From NCBI RefSeq assembly GCF_001194135.2, contig NC_068998.1:570186-633819 (forward strand): a stretch of DNA of 63,634 bases. Reading direction: 5' to 3'. The first letter of the stretch is position 1. Each line of letters begins with the position of its first letter. Positions 1-12,058 of the stretch are shown here, in pieces. The stretch comes from Octopus bimaculoides (taxonomy: Eukaryota). A program made the translations under genes and the position numbers. The notes under the pieces were generated by a model that did not search any database, was not told where the DNA came from, and saw only the letters and a list, made by a program, of their open reading frames with translations.

Positions 1-63
1 TACTCATCTATGTACATACTTTTACATATGCATGCATACAAAAACACACATACATATAACACT

Positions 64-99
<36 letters not shown>

Positions 100-429
100 A
101 AACTGAGCCCTTCAGCCACCCTGTAATTCCAACAGACACACACATATAAACAAGTACATACACTTATACACTAACTCCAACACGTATATACAAACTCTCT
201 CTCTCACACACACACACATATAAATACAAACAGTACAAGCCAAAGGATGTTTGCTAGTGTGACACACTGTCCCCTACTTTTTGTGTACAGAGCCACATCT
301 TAGCACAAAACACTTTCAATTCCAGAACGCAGACCTCGTTCCCTCTCAACACAACACGCATAACCTGACGCGATCAACACTCAAAAACCTCATCATAAAA
401 AAACTAATTCATTCTGCACACACTACTCA

Positions 430-430
<1 letters not shown>

Positions 431-510
<80 letters not shown>
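431..510. repeat. (CA)n microsatellite, representative of dozens of CA/TG, TA, GA and TATC arrays (e.g. 5249-5324, 29610-29730, 37563-37636, 40045-40225, 49135-49254, 63574-63618)
   Basis: Directly visible. Confidence 0.95.
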
Positions 511-512
<2 letters not shown>

Positions 513-2600
513 AACTCACATATTTTGTCCACCAGATTTTCATGACAAGACATTGGTAAATCTAATCTCTGTATGCACTGGAATTAAACAACCCAGAATT
601 ATGTTTTGATCCAGCAAACTTCTTAAAATTCCCCTGCAACACACAGTCATGAACTCATTCAATGTTCCCTGGTTAAGAACTATGGTGAAAAACTTACAGT
701 AGAAACAGTGTAAATCTTCAACGGTCTCCTTCACCAAGTGTATATTCAACAATTGACTGTCCTTGTTATACGGACAGTATCTGGACCAAGACAGACTGAC
801 CAGATCAAAACAAGTCTACAGCTCACCTTTAGACTGTCTCTCTTAATCTAACTAAAACATTATTCATACAGTTTAAAGATTATCTTCCTTCCCACACTCA
901 GAGATGCTAACAATTCTTACCACTAGGTTCTTGTTTTCCTTCTCTGTTCATGAGGAAAATTTCAATAAATTATGAATTTACAGCATTCAGCACAGCACAC
1001 TGTTTATCCATACAGTATATGCATGTGGGTATATATATATATATATAAGTATACCTGAGCATGCAAGTGTCAAGGTGGAGGAATAATCCAACTAAATCAC
1101 ACCTGTACACAACCACAACAACCATTTAAAGCATTAGAGTTGGTGAGTTTCTAACCACGAAAGCCATTCTCTTCTTTCGATGTTTATTCTTCTACTTTCC
1201 ATTGAACATGGACATTTATCTCTAAAGAAATGTCTTTCACAGCAGAAAACAAACAAACAAAAATTTTTAAAAATAACCAAATCCCCACACATTTGCAAAT
1301 ACCAAATTTATTCATTCTGCCATTCTATGATATCTTCTCAGATTTCACTCCACCTCTCCAAACACATTTCCCAGATACTTTGTTCTTTGAAACTAAAATC
1401 TCTTTCCATCTTTTATTTCTGTCATTCTTGTTGGTTTATTGAGTGCTGTCTTCGAGAAATGGTGCTTCTAAAGTGGTTTTCTTCTCTCTCCTTCACCTAA
1501 CTCAGCTATGTTCAAAGAACTTTCTCATCCATTGGTGACAACAACCAAACTAAAAAACACCAATTCTAATATTTATTCTTTAGCATCATGACATTCCATT
1601 CAAGCTTGTCTTACACCCATTTCTTGACTGGGTGGAATAATAATAATAATAATATGAAAGAGAAAAGGAGAAAGGAAAATGCTATTAAAAAGTGGGNNNN
1701 NNNNNNNNNNNNNNNNNNNNNNNNNNNNNNNNNNNNNNNNNNNNNNNNNNNNNNNNNNNNNNNNNNNNNNNNNNNNNNNNNNNNNNNNNNNNNNNNNNNN
1801 NNNNNNNNNNNNNNNNNNNNNNNNNNNNNNNNNNNNNNNNNNNNNNNNNNNNNNNNNNNNNNNNNNNNNNNNNNATATATATATATATATATATATACAC
1901 ATACATATATACACACGTCGATAATTTCCATACTTATCTGATTTTCTTTCTTCCTTTCGCAACTAATCTCCTCCTTCCATCCCCACCCCCACCCCATTAC
2001 TCTCTTTAGAGATTCCATCACAAACATTTCATTTTTTACTTATTTATTGTTATTAATAAATATATTGTATTTCTCTCCCACCCCCTCTCAATATCTTAGT
2101 CCTTCTCTTTTTCTCACTCTCTTCTGCTCCTCTATTTTCCAGTCTGTTTTGCTTCCTATCTATCTATCTATATATATATTTAAAAAAATGTGTGTATATA
2201 TATATATATATATAAAGAGAGAGATAAACAGCACTCTCTCTGCATCCGTTATCTGGCTTCCTACTTAGATGTACCATTTTAAAGACATAGATTACTGCAT
2301 CTGTATTCAGGATTATCCTGAATATAGTGTTCTACTTAGATTAGCACTGCCACCCCCAACAGCAACCACAACAACAACAGTATTGTTTTGCTGTTCCATT
2401 AACCAGTCGCTATAAATATGTAGAGATAATCACTGGTAAAAATGGGAAAATAAATCTTTATTTTTACTTATCTATTTCTACTGTATTTATTGTTTTATTT
2501 TTCCATCAGAAATTTCATGATTCCCAGGCAACCACTGTTCTGTTGGTAGAAAGTTTTGTGATCTCAGATTTTTGCTGTCAATCTAGGGATTTCTTCAATC

Positions 2601-2633
<33 letters not shown>

Positions 2634-2982
2634 TTATAATTGTTGGTAATATGTTAGGTAAACAGGATTACTTATCCCAACTAAGGTTTTGTTCACTAGA
2701 TAATCAAGTTAACTTTATTCAGTTAAAAAACAAGGAAGAATGCACAAATAGGTTCAATCATTTGAATGATGTTCTGCTTCAGATCAGTTATTCTGCTTAC
2801 ATTTAACATACCACAAAGTACCGTCGCACCCATCATCATCATTATCATCATCATCATCATCATTATCACTTAACCTCTCTCTTCCTCTGCTACTATGTGT
2901 TGCATTATTTTGCTGAAGCAGTGTTTTATGGTGAAATACCTTGTGCATTTAGTAGAAAGAATTATTATTATTATCTTTTTCA

Positions 2983-3702
2983 TTGGGCATAAGAGACATC
3001 GGATGTGGTGTGCAAGAGAGACAACTGCATTGGTCATGTGATGTGTATGGAAGAGGACAGCTGTGTAAAGAAGAGCCGGTCTCTGTGGAGGGAACCTGTC
3101 AAGGAGGTTGACCCAGGAAGACATGGGACAATGGAGGGAAGTTTGAGCTTCAAACTTTGGGCCTCTCAGAGATGATGACAAGTGACCAAGTGCCCTGGCA
3201 ATGCGCTGTATGTGAGAAAACCCGTCAGGCCAAGTGAAATCATAGGTGTGGCCATTGTCAGTGCCATGACACGCACGGATCATAGTCATGGTCATTCACC
3301 ACTGGTGCCACATAAGTGACACCCATGCACCATAGTCGTGGTTGTGATGGTACCATGTAAATGGCACCTGTGAATCATCATGGTTGATGCTGGTGCCATG
3401 TAAATTGGCACCCAGGGATTGTGGTTAGTGGCAGTGCCATATAAATGGCATACATGAGTCATAGCCATTCCTGAGTGCCATGTAAATGGCACTGATGAAT
3501 TATAGTCATGGTCGTTTCTGGTGTCATGTAAATGGCACCCATTACATACTTGGAGTGGAGTGGTGTGGCATTTGGATGGGCATCCAGCTGTAGAAACCAT
3601 GCCAAATCAGACTATGGAATCTGGTACAGCTCTTCAGCTCCAGTCAAACTATCTGACGTATGCCAGCATGTAGAGCAGATGTTAAACGATGATGATGATG
3701 AT
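2983..3702 (+). mobile_element. 5'-truncated, decayed RTE-clade LINE 3' end: ORF2 C-terminal remnant (2983-3237), 3' UTR hairpin array, (GAT)n tail
   Basis: With frameshifts reads LGIRDIGCGVQERQLHW / GHVMCMEEDSCVKKSR / VEGTCQGG*PRKTW...LGLSEMMTSDQVPWQCAVCEKTRQAK*, matching the RTE LRWxGHV...GRPRKTW C-terminus. Followed by GGGCATCCAGCTGTAGAAACC...CCAGCATG...TTAAACGATGATGAT, shared with many short copies in the window. Confidence 0.8.
3260..3539 (+). repeat. Tandem array of 7 units (~41-46 bp), each with a GGTGCCA-tgtaaa-TGGCACC stem-loop
   Basis: Units start near 3260, 3304, 3349, 3392, 3433, 3474 and 3520; spacers share CATAGTCATGGT-like words. Confidence 0.85.
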
Positions 3703-3962
3703 TATGTTGTTGTTTTTGTTTACTCTGGCAAAAATATGTAATTACATTTTTTTGTCTGAAAATGTTGTGTGAAGAAATATGAATTTGATTTGAAAACTGA
3801 GAAAAACTTTACAATACATTTTTTTTTTTTTACAAAATAAAACAAACATTTAATTTATTTTACATTAATATTTCATCTACAAACACTTAGTTTCAAAATA
3901 AAGAAACACGCATTGTGCGCACACACAAATCTATCCACATCAACATAGATGCAGACATTTCG

Positions 3963-3997
<35 letters not shown>

Positions 3998-4380
3998 ATC
4001 TACATTGAAAGGAGGAGAGAGAGAATCGTTGTATAGTAATTTTACGTTTACTTTTTGATGCTGGCATATGTTGGACACACACACACACACGTATTATAGT
4101 GTGTGTGTGTTTTAGAACCACTTTAGTAGCATCTTTTGAAACAACATCTGAGGAATATTGTTGGAATCAATGAAGTGGTGTGGATAGGAGTAGTGTGTAG
4201 GTGGTAGTGTGGCTGTGGTTCTGGTATTGCTGTTTTGCAGTGGTTGTGATAGTTGTAAAAATGGTGGTGGTTGTGGTATTGGTGATGTGAGACGAAGCCA
4301 AATGGAGATAGAAATAAGGGATGTTGGTGTCATTGATATATTTGCAGTATTATTGGGAGAGATGTCTGGAGCAAAGTGAG

Positions 4381-4393
4381 ACTACTACTACTG

Positions 4394-4450
<57 letters not shown>
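4381..4450. repeat. (ACT)n microsatellite
   Basis: Directly visible. Confidence 0.95.
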
Positions 4451-4451
<1 letters not shown>

Positions 4452-5246
4452 ACATACACAGCAGCAACAAAAGACCAAAAATGAAGTAAAACTATGTCAA
4501 GCTTTGGGACTCAGATAGATAAATGTTTTAAGCAAGGAGGTCTTTGAATATGAAATCTTTCTTCTAATGTCAAATGTAACGTGAAACTCTCTGGCAATAA
4601 TCAATGGTGGGTGTTTTATTGATAAAAACTTGTGTAAATGTGAACAGGTGTTCATAAATAGGTAAATGCATATGTGGTTATGATATCTCGAGAATTTTTA
4701 GGTCAATGAAGAATAAATGTTAAATTGTACAACTTAGCCTTTAGTGGATTTTGTTGTGGTGTTTGAAGAATATAAAGATAGCAAAAGAACTGTTGACTCA
4801 AAGTTCTCTTCTTTGAGTCAGAGAGATTCTTAGGCAATGGTGATCAACAACAACAATAATGATTTTAATTTCATTTCGTTGATATAATTTCATTAATTTT
4901 CTCAAAATTGTGAAGGAAACTATGCTGAATGTTGATCAAAAGATTTCTAATTGTTGTCAGCCAACACAAGTTTCTAATTAAAATAGTTGTAATATCCATC
5001 TTCCTAGTAGTGTCCCTGCAGGGCCACAGCTGAATAACTAAAACCAGTAAAAAAATGAAAGATACTTTATCATTTTATAAATTTACACAACTATACAACC
5101 CACGTCAGAGTTTATTATCTTGTGTAAAACTGTTTGGAAAAGAGCCAGCAAGAGATGATTGGTTGTTTGGTGGTTTTATTTATTTTCTCAATTTTTTTTT
5201 GTTTTCTCCCCCCTAAAATCTATCTGAAAATTTAAAGTTTACTATA

Positions 5247-5328
<82 letters not shown>

Positions 5329-7389
5329 CACTAAATAACTGATGTTTTGTGTATTGATTCCATACAAAACCAGACCAAAACAGAAAAGAAATAAAAATAA
5401 CATCACCAAACTGAATATTAAATGGAAGAATCTCGTAAATCATCTTGTTAACCTGAGTTTTAAATAAAAGACTTAAACATTTTTTTTATCTCTAAAATAC
5501 AGAAGCAAAAAAAAACAAACTGTAAAGACAATTTTAAAAAATACATTAAATTTGTGTTTAACCAAATGTTTTTGCTATCTTTGTGGAATTCAATATTGAA
5601 TGATTCTGTAACAACTGCGAAGAACTGGCAGCAGACTCAGCAAGAATCCTTATTTCGGTTAGTGTTTCGGTAACATAATAATGTTCACAGCCGAGAGAAC
5701 CTGGCAGTTATTTATTTAGAGTTACACAGATCTATAGATTAATATTTACAAACAACCAGCCCTGATTTCTTCATTGAAGGACAGCACCCTCCTCCTCATC
5801 CTCATCCTGTCTTAATCTTTCTTCACAACACAAATTTAAAATCAGATTACTGCCATAGGGGTGGTTCTTTAGGGAACATCTCTGTTCCTTTGATATGAAG
5901 GAGTTTCATTTGAGTCTGGCTGTGTCCTTGGATGTCAAAGTTATCTCCCCTATTGCTGCTATACTCCTTAAAGTCAAAGGTATCTCTCCCCCCACTACCC
6001 ACACAGATATTCTAGAGATGCTTCTTTGACAGTAGCAGTTGTCTTTGAGTCTCTGGTGTACTTTAGCTCTATGAGGGAAAACTCACCAGCTTAAAATGTA
6101 GATAGCTTTTAAATTATGCAGTTGACATCGGATGACGTTATGGTATTGGTAAACATGACTACTGTAACATAACACTGTCTGATGTCTATTGTATAACTCA
6201 AAGGTCATTGATTTTGCTATGCAATATCTGAAGATTTGATGATGTAATCTTTAAGGTTTCTTTTCCTTATATAATAGATAGCATTGTTAATGAAATATGT
6301 GTAAGATGAATAAATATAAAAATTTATTTCCACACTTGTTTTATGCTTGTACTCTTTGATTGAATATCAGAATGGAACTATAAAAAAATGGGAATAATTA
6401 CCCATTCGCTCCTCACTTATGGATCTAATGTTATCTAACTGAACATTTGGTATTCTAAATGTAAGTAATATATCATTGTCAATGAACCACACCACACAAA
6501 TGTGTGTGTGTGTGTGTGTGTGTGTGTGCTCCAGCTGAGTTTTCACTTGAGTTTCTACGACAGTCATCTGTGATATAGTAAAAGTGACTGCTAGAATTTT
6601 GCTTGCAGTAACAATTCTGTTAGTTCGATCTCAGCTTAATCCAAAAGACCAATTTATTCTAAGCATTGTATCTTACCATTAAATCTCCATCTCCATCCAT
6701 GCCCACCTCAATCCACACCACATATAAAAAAAAACAAAAACAATAGAAAAAAACAAGAAGGATGTAGAAAATATATTTCCATCAGAAAGGAATTTCATTC
6801 TGCAGATATTGACTATTTTTTCAACATGTTGGTATGTAGTTCTTTGCAACAAAGAACTGTAGATTTAAGATCTGTTAAAGAATTAGCCAACGATAACATT
6901 TCTTACCATCTTTTCCATAATCTTTGACAAGATTTTAGAATAATAAAAAGAAAAAAAATTAAAACAACTAAAATGTAATATTTCTTTTTTCCCTTTTTGC
7001 TATCACACTAACACAAAGTGGTGTGTTTAGATGTAGAGAAATGCATTATGGGAATCTTATTTTAGTATACCTGAGGGTAAATTACTCGTTAAAAGTATTG
7101 ATTAATTAGTCAAGAATAGAAATGTTTCACCTCTATCTATGTCTGCAAAAACAGAATATTGTATGTGTGTGTGAATGAGAGTGTAAAATCATGTGTGTGT
7201 GCATTTGAGTGCATTTATGCAATTATATTGTTGCTTTTTTTTTATGCCATTATAAATAACTGCAAATGTGTGTGTTTATATTTCTGGATGTGTATATGTA
7301 TTCATGCATATTAATGCATGCAAATACATAGATGTATTATAGACACTCATCCATAATCTATTACATACGCATGTGCATGCTTGTGTGTA

Positions 7390-7431
<42 letters not shown>

Positions 7432-7964
7432 ATGCTGACAAGCAGCTACACACATAATAATCTGCACATCCTCATCAGTACACTCACACAGCTCCATCCA
7501 TTTTATGTATATGTATGGATACACTGTTTCACCTCTCTCGAAACAGCAAACATCCACACATATTCACAATCAGTTTTATGCAAGTAAGACATGTTCTACT
7601 TTTAGCAACACTGAAATCAAGAGTCAAACATTTTATTTACTTCTTCAATTTCCTGAAACCAAAATAAAATTCTTCAACAACAACAACAACAACCTCCACA
7701 TTAGCATTGAAATTATACAAGCAGCAGCAGCCGCAGCCACATTATCAATACATTTGCATTTTTCTTCCATTCCAGTTGAACACAGTAATGAACAGCTGAA
7801 TTCGTTAGAAATACATTCAAGATTTCATAAATGTACCCAGTAGAATTTGAGCCTGAGATCCCTAACTGCTATCTATTCTTCAATTTACTAAACTCCTGTA
7901 GCTAACAGACTAAATGATGACAATAATAATGATGATGATAATGATGTTTGTTTCAGCCTCAGAT

Positions 7965-8350
7965 TAGAGGGAAGGGGGATTAGTTCAGTTCGATTGGTCT
8001 CTAGTAGATGTCTCATACTTTATTTCCTTGACCTTAAAAAGATGGATGGTAAAGTTCTCCTTGGTAGACTTTGAATCCAGATCCTAAACAGTTGGATTAA
8101 ATACCCAAAATGAATATCATTACAAGAATTCACTAGATTTTGGTCAAATTGGATGAAAGTCAAACCTGGTGGAATTGGAACTCGGCATTTTGTTTGGCAT
8201 GCTAACAGTTTTGCCAGCTCCATGCCTTTAATAATAATAACCCTTTCTGTAAGGCACAAGGCCTGGAGTCTTGGGAGATGGGGGGGTGGTGCTAGTTGAC
8301 TAGAGACGAGGAGAAATATTGCAAGTCATTTCACCAAACATTCTGACTCT
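7965..8350 (-). mobile_element. Cluster of about three antisense SINE family 1 fragments
   Basis: GATGGATGGTAAAGTTCTCCTTGGTAGACTTTGAATCCAGA; GGATGAAAGTCAAACCTGGTGGAATTGGAACTC...TTGCCAGCTC; AATAATAACCCTTTCTGTAAGGCACAAGGCCTGG. Confidence 0.6.
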
Positions 8351-8868
8351 GCCATCTCACTGCATCAAAGATAATAATAATAATAATAATAATAATAGCA
8401 GCAGCTTTATATTTTGGTTTCAATGATCCCATTGCATTTGGTAAGACTCTTCAACACGGAAATAGTTCAATATATGGAAACTCAACACACACACACACAC
8501 ACACACATGCAAGTATGGACTCGAAACATAGTGAGCAGTTGTACAAAAGACTTTTTCCTATAATCTTTGACAGATGCATTCAACAACAACGACTACTTTT
8601 ACCTTCTGGAGAAATCTTTCGAGCAAAAATTGTTTTCTCTCTCTCTCTCTTCCTCTTCTGCTCCTCTCTTATTAATTCTCTTCGTCTTCAATTCTCTCAC
8701 ACTCTCCCCTCCATTCTTGTTCGTTCTTCCCCTCCGCCACCTCAGAAATTACTAAAACCAGAAACTGTTTATATGACTTTTCTAGTTTTTTACTTTCTGT
8801 TTCTGACAGAATTATTTCTAAAATTAAAAGAATTTAAGCTTTTCTTTTACATAACCATACACCTAAAC

Positions 8869-8903
<35 letters not shown>

Positions 8904-9468
8904 TGTGTATTCCACAGACAGTGTAATTTACTTAGCTGTACATTAAAAACAAATTAACAAAAAAAAAAAGCAACAAACATTCTTCTATTTCGTCCTCTGT
9001 CTTTCAACTCAACATCAAAGTTATTTCCTCCTTGTCATTTTTTTCACACTGATGATAATGATGATGATAATAATAATTGTTATTATCATGAAAACTTTAA
9101 TAGAAATAGAAATTAAAGGTTTGTTCCTGTTCAATTATAACTTTAGCATCTGGACTTAAAAATACCATTTGATCAAATTTTATTTTTATCACAATAATTT
9201 CAATCATGCTACCAAAATAGAACTTACTTCTTTTTCTATCTTATTTTTACTTTTATTTAATTTTTTTTTTTTGATGATTTTTTTTTTCTCCAAATATTCT
9301 TTTGCTTTTTGTGTGTGTTTAAAAAATAGTTGGCTTGATGATAATAATAAAAGGTTTGTGCCATTAATTCACTTGTTCTTTTTAATTTTTCTCCTTATGT
9401 AATATAGACACCAAATGATTGTTAAAAATGAAAAAATTACAAATTTCTCTTTGTTGATTTATTTTCAG

Positions 9469-9555
9469 TTGTATGACCGAATCAACAGTCAAAATTTTCA
9501 ACCTGGAAGCATTACCCCATCGCCAACGTCTGATGCTGTTAGTCAAACAAGAGAC
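9469..9555 (+). CDS. CASK: Internal coding exon of a CASK/LIN-2 ortholog (end of first L27, linker, start of second L27); LYDRINSQNFQPGSITPSPTSDAVSQTRD
   Basis: Acceptor ttgatttattttcAG (AG 9467-9468), donor GAC|GTAAGT (9556), 87 nt, phase 0-0, open. Aligns with human CASK [26 protein letters not shown] recalled from memory (LYD.IN and SDAV conserved). Confidence 0.88.
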
Positions 9556-10737
9556 GTAAGTAACTATTTAGTTGCTATTTTAACTTTGGAAACTTCCAGT
9601 CGATTCTAACAAAGGATGAGAACTTTTTATGTCTCTTTAATTGTCAAAGTTTGTCAGCTCCTGCATTCTGAGTTCCATTTCTGTTTAGACTTACTTTTAT
9701 TTTCTTCCATTTTGGATAATGAGAAAATTAGTACCAGTCACATACTGGAGTAGATTGAAACATGCCCTTCCAGACGTATGTGGCTTGGTGTCTTAGAACA
9801 TAATTGAGAATAATTAGGATGTATTTGGGAGTGTAAAAAGCTGGAAGAGGTGGATGTTTTTCTGGCTCTAGGTCAACTCTGAGGTCAACAGATTAAAGAC
9901 AAACTTTGCTGTCAATACTCCAGAAATCAGTACCAGTTATATATTCAGGTCTAGAATTGATCAAACCAACAGCATAACTTCTCTAGGATAAAGTATATTT
10001 TATTTAATTGTTTGTAGAAAGTAATTTAGGGACTGGAGTGAAAAGATTAAGATTATAGACTGCCTGCTTCAATCACTTCTGTTCAGAGTTCAAATCCAGC
10101 TAGAACCACATTTCTGGAACATATAAGACATAGTGAGAGGAGGGTTAGCTATCCAAGTTCCAACAGAACATGTCCAAGAATATTGTTGAATTCTACTTCT
10201 TAGAACAGCCAAGTTCTGATACCAAATTTGGTCTCAGAGTTGAAATTCCTTTACTGCTTCCTGGGTTTCAGACAATACCATTAACTACACTATTTTTCTG
10301 TAAATATTGATCTTGTGCCATGGCAGATAGAGATCAATATTGACTACATATTGATTTCTCGTTTGGCTACTCCACCACAATTACCATCATCTTCATCCTC
10401 ATGTTCCTAATCATCATTGCTCTCATCGCAACCTCCATTGTTTAGATAGAAAAGAGTAGATACAAGGTGAATATCTTAAAGGTTCACACCTGATAATGAC
10501 GGTGGTGGTGGTGGTGGTGGTGGTGGTGGTGGTGCTGTGGGTGGTAGTAGTCATAGTCATAGTGAGAGAGAAGTAGCAATCAATTTTGATATTTGTCTCA
10601 ACCAAACGTGCTTAACTCTCTGACAAAGATTATCTTTGTCTAAACCATTCCATTGTTGAGGTACAACATTTCTATCTGCAAACAGCAAGTATACCAGTCA
10701 AATACTTGGGGTTACACCTTTCCATAATAGCACGATT

Positions 10738-10772
<35 letters not shown>

Positions 10773-11501
10773 ACTGTACATACGTTCCATTCAACTGTTA
10801 TTGATCCATTGCTGAATGAAAGTCTCCCTATTCTGTTGCTACTTACAGACCCACATTTCTAGGGTGCTGCATCATCATCGTCAAGTGTCTTATTCTAGAA
10901 TATGGTGACAGAGTGGGCTTGAACTAGGAACCTTTCTATTGAAACTATGAAGCAGTAATGGACTTATTCCATCCATGGCCACTTTGTCTTATTTTCACAT
11001 TTCATTTAAGACTACTTCATGTTTCTTTTAAGTGACTAGACTGTTATGCACTTTAAGGGGCATTTAACTGCTATTTCTAACTGATCAGTTTGACCATATA
11101 GAGATTTTTTCATAAATTGGTCATTTTCTAATATTGTGTCATCAATAACTGAGCCATATTTCAGTGAGGGTTGTCATGGTTCTAGGTTGTCTCAATTCCA
11201 TTCTTACCACCACACAACTACACTCTACAGAAATGGTTTTCTTCCTTATAGAACTTAACCCACACTCCTCACCCACTCCATCTCTTTAGTCTCACATCTT
11301 TTGTTAATGCTGTTATCTTCTCATCATCAAACCATTCCTATCAATACTTTCATCAAACATAGGCACCATCAGGCGGCGCCATTATTAACCCTTGTTTTGT
11401 CTCTTCTCCATTCTCTTGAAGTATGCACAGACAGACAACACGTGTGTAGACTATACATGCGTGTGTGTGCACATGAGTTCACGACGTGTGTGTACATTAT
11501 G

Positions 11502-11538
<37 letters not shown>

Positions 11539-12013
11539 AATGTAAAAGGCAAGTGTTGTTCCGATAAAACAGAAATTATCTCCATAAAATGTCACCATAA
11601 ACTTTATTACACCAACTTTTATTGCGACAACATAAAGGAATGGTGAGATAAAAACATCAGAAACAATTATTTTACCAATTCTTTAGCTAACCATTCTTTT
11701 AGTGTTTCTATGTAAGACTTCTTTTACCAGTTTTTGATAGATCTTACAGATAGCATTTAAAGAGAAGGAATACATTTACAATATCTGCATGCACGTGCGC
11801 ACGCACACACACACACACACACACGTCTATAATATTTTTGTCTGTTACTCTCCTCTCTCTCACACCACATACACAATATACACACTCATAAAGACATATA
11901 CACACACACACATATTAGTGCCTATATAATGTTAGTTATAAAAAAACAGATACACAATCATAAAAGTAAATGATGGTGGTGGTGGTGGTGGTGGTGGGTC
12001 TGTAGCAGTTAGG

Positions 12014-12058
<45 letters not shown>

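Larger units (their letters stand above)
1..9468 (+). other. Upstream CASK intron (previous exon lies outside the window)
   Basis: No exon matching the first L27 domain (LDSLEEI...LHxLL) with a valid donor was found. Confidence 0.6.

Noticed and set aside
540-752. 70-aa minus-strand ORF
   Set aside because: Starts at a non-ATG codon, has no recognisable domain, and has no matching splice sites.
3260-3539. CRISPR array (palindromic repeats with spacers)
   Set aside because: Spacers are related to each other, repeats are degenerate, there are no cas genes, and the array sits inside a eukaryotic LINE 3' UTR.
7776-7843. First-L27 exon candidate (EQLNSLEIH versus VLDSLEEIH) after a good acceptor
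   Set aside because: There is no good donor, the frame ends in TAG, and the rest does not match L27.
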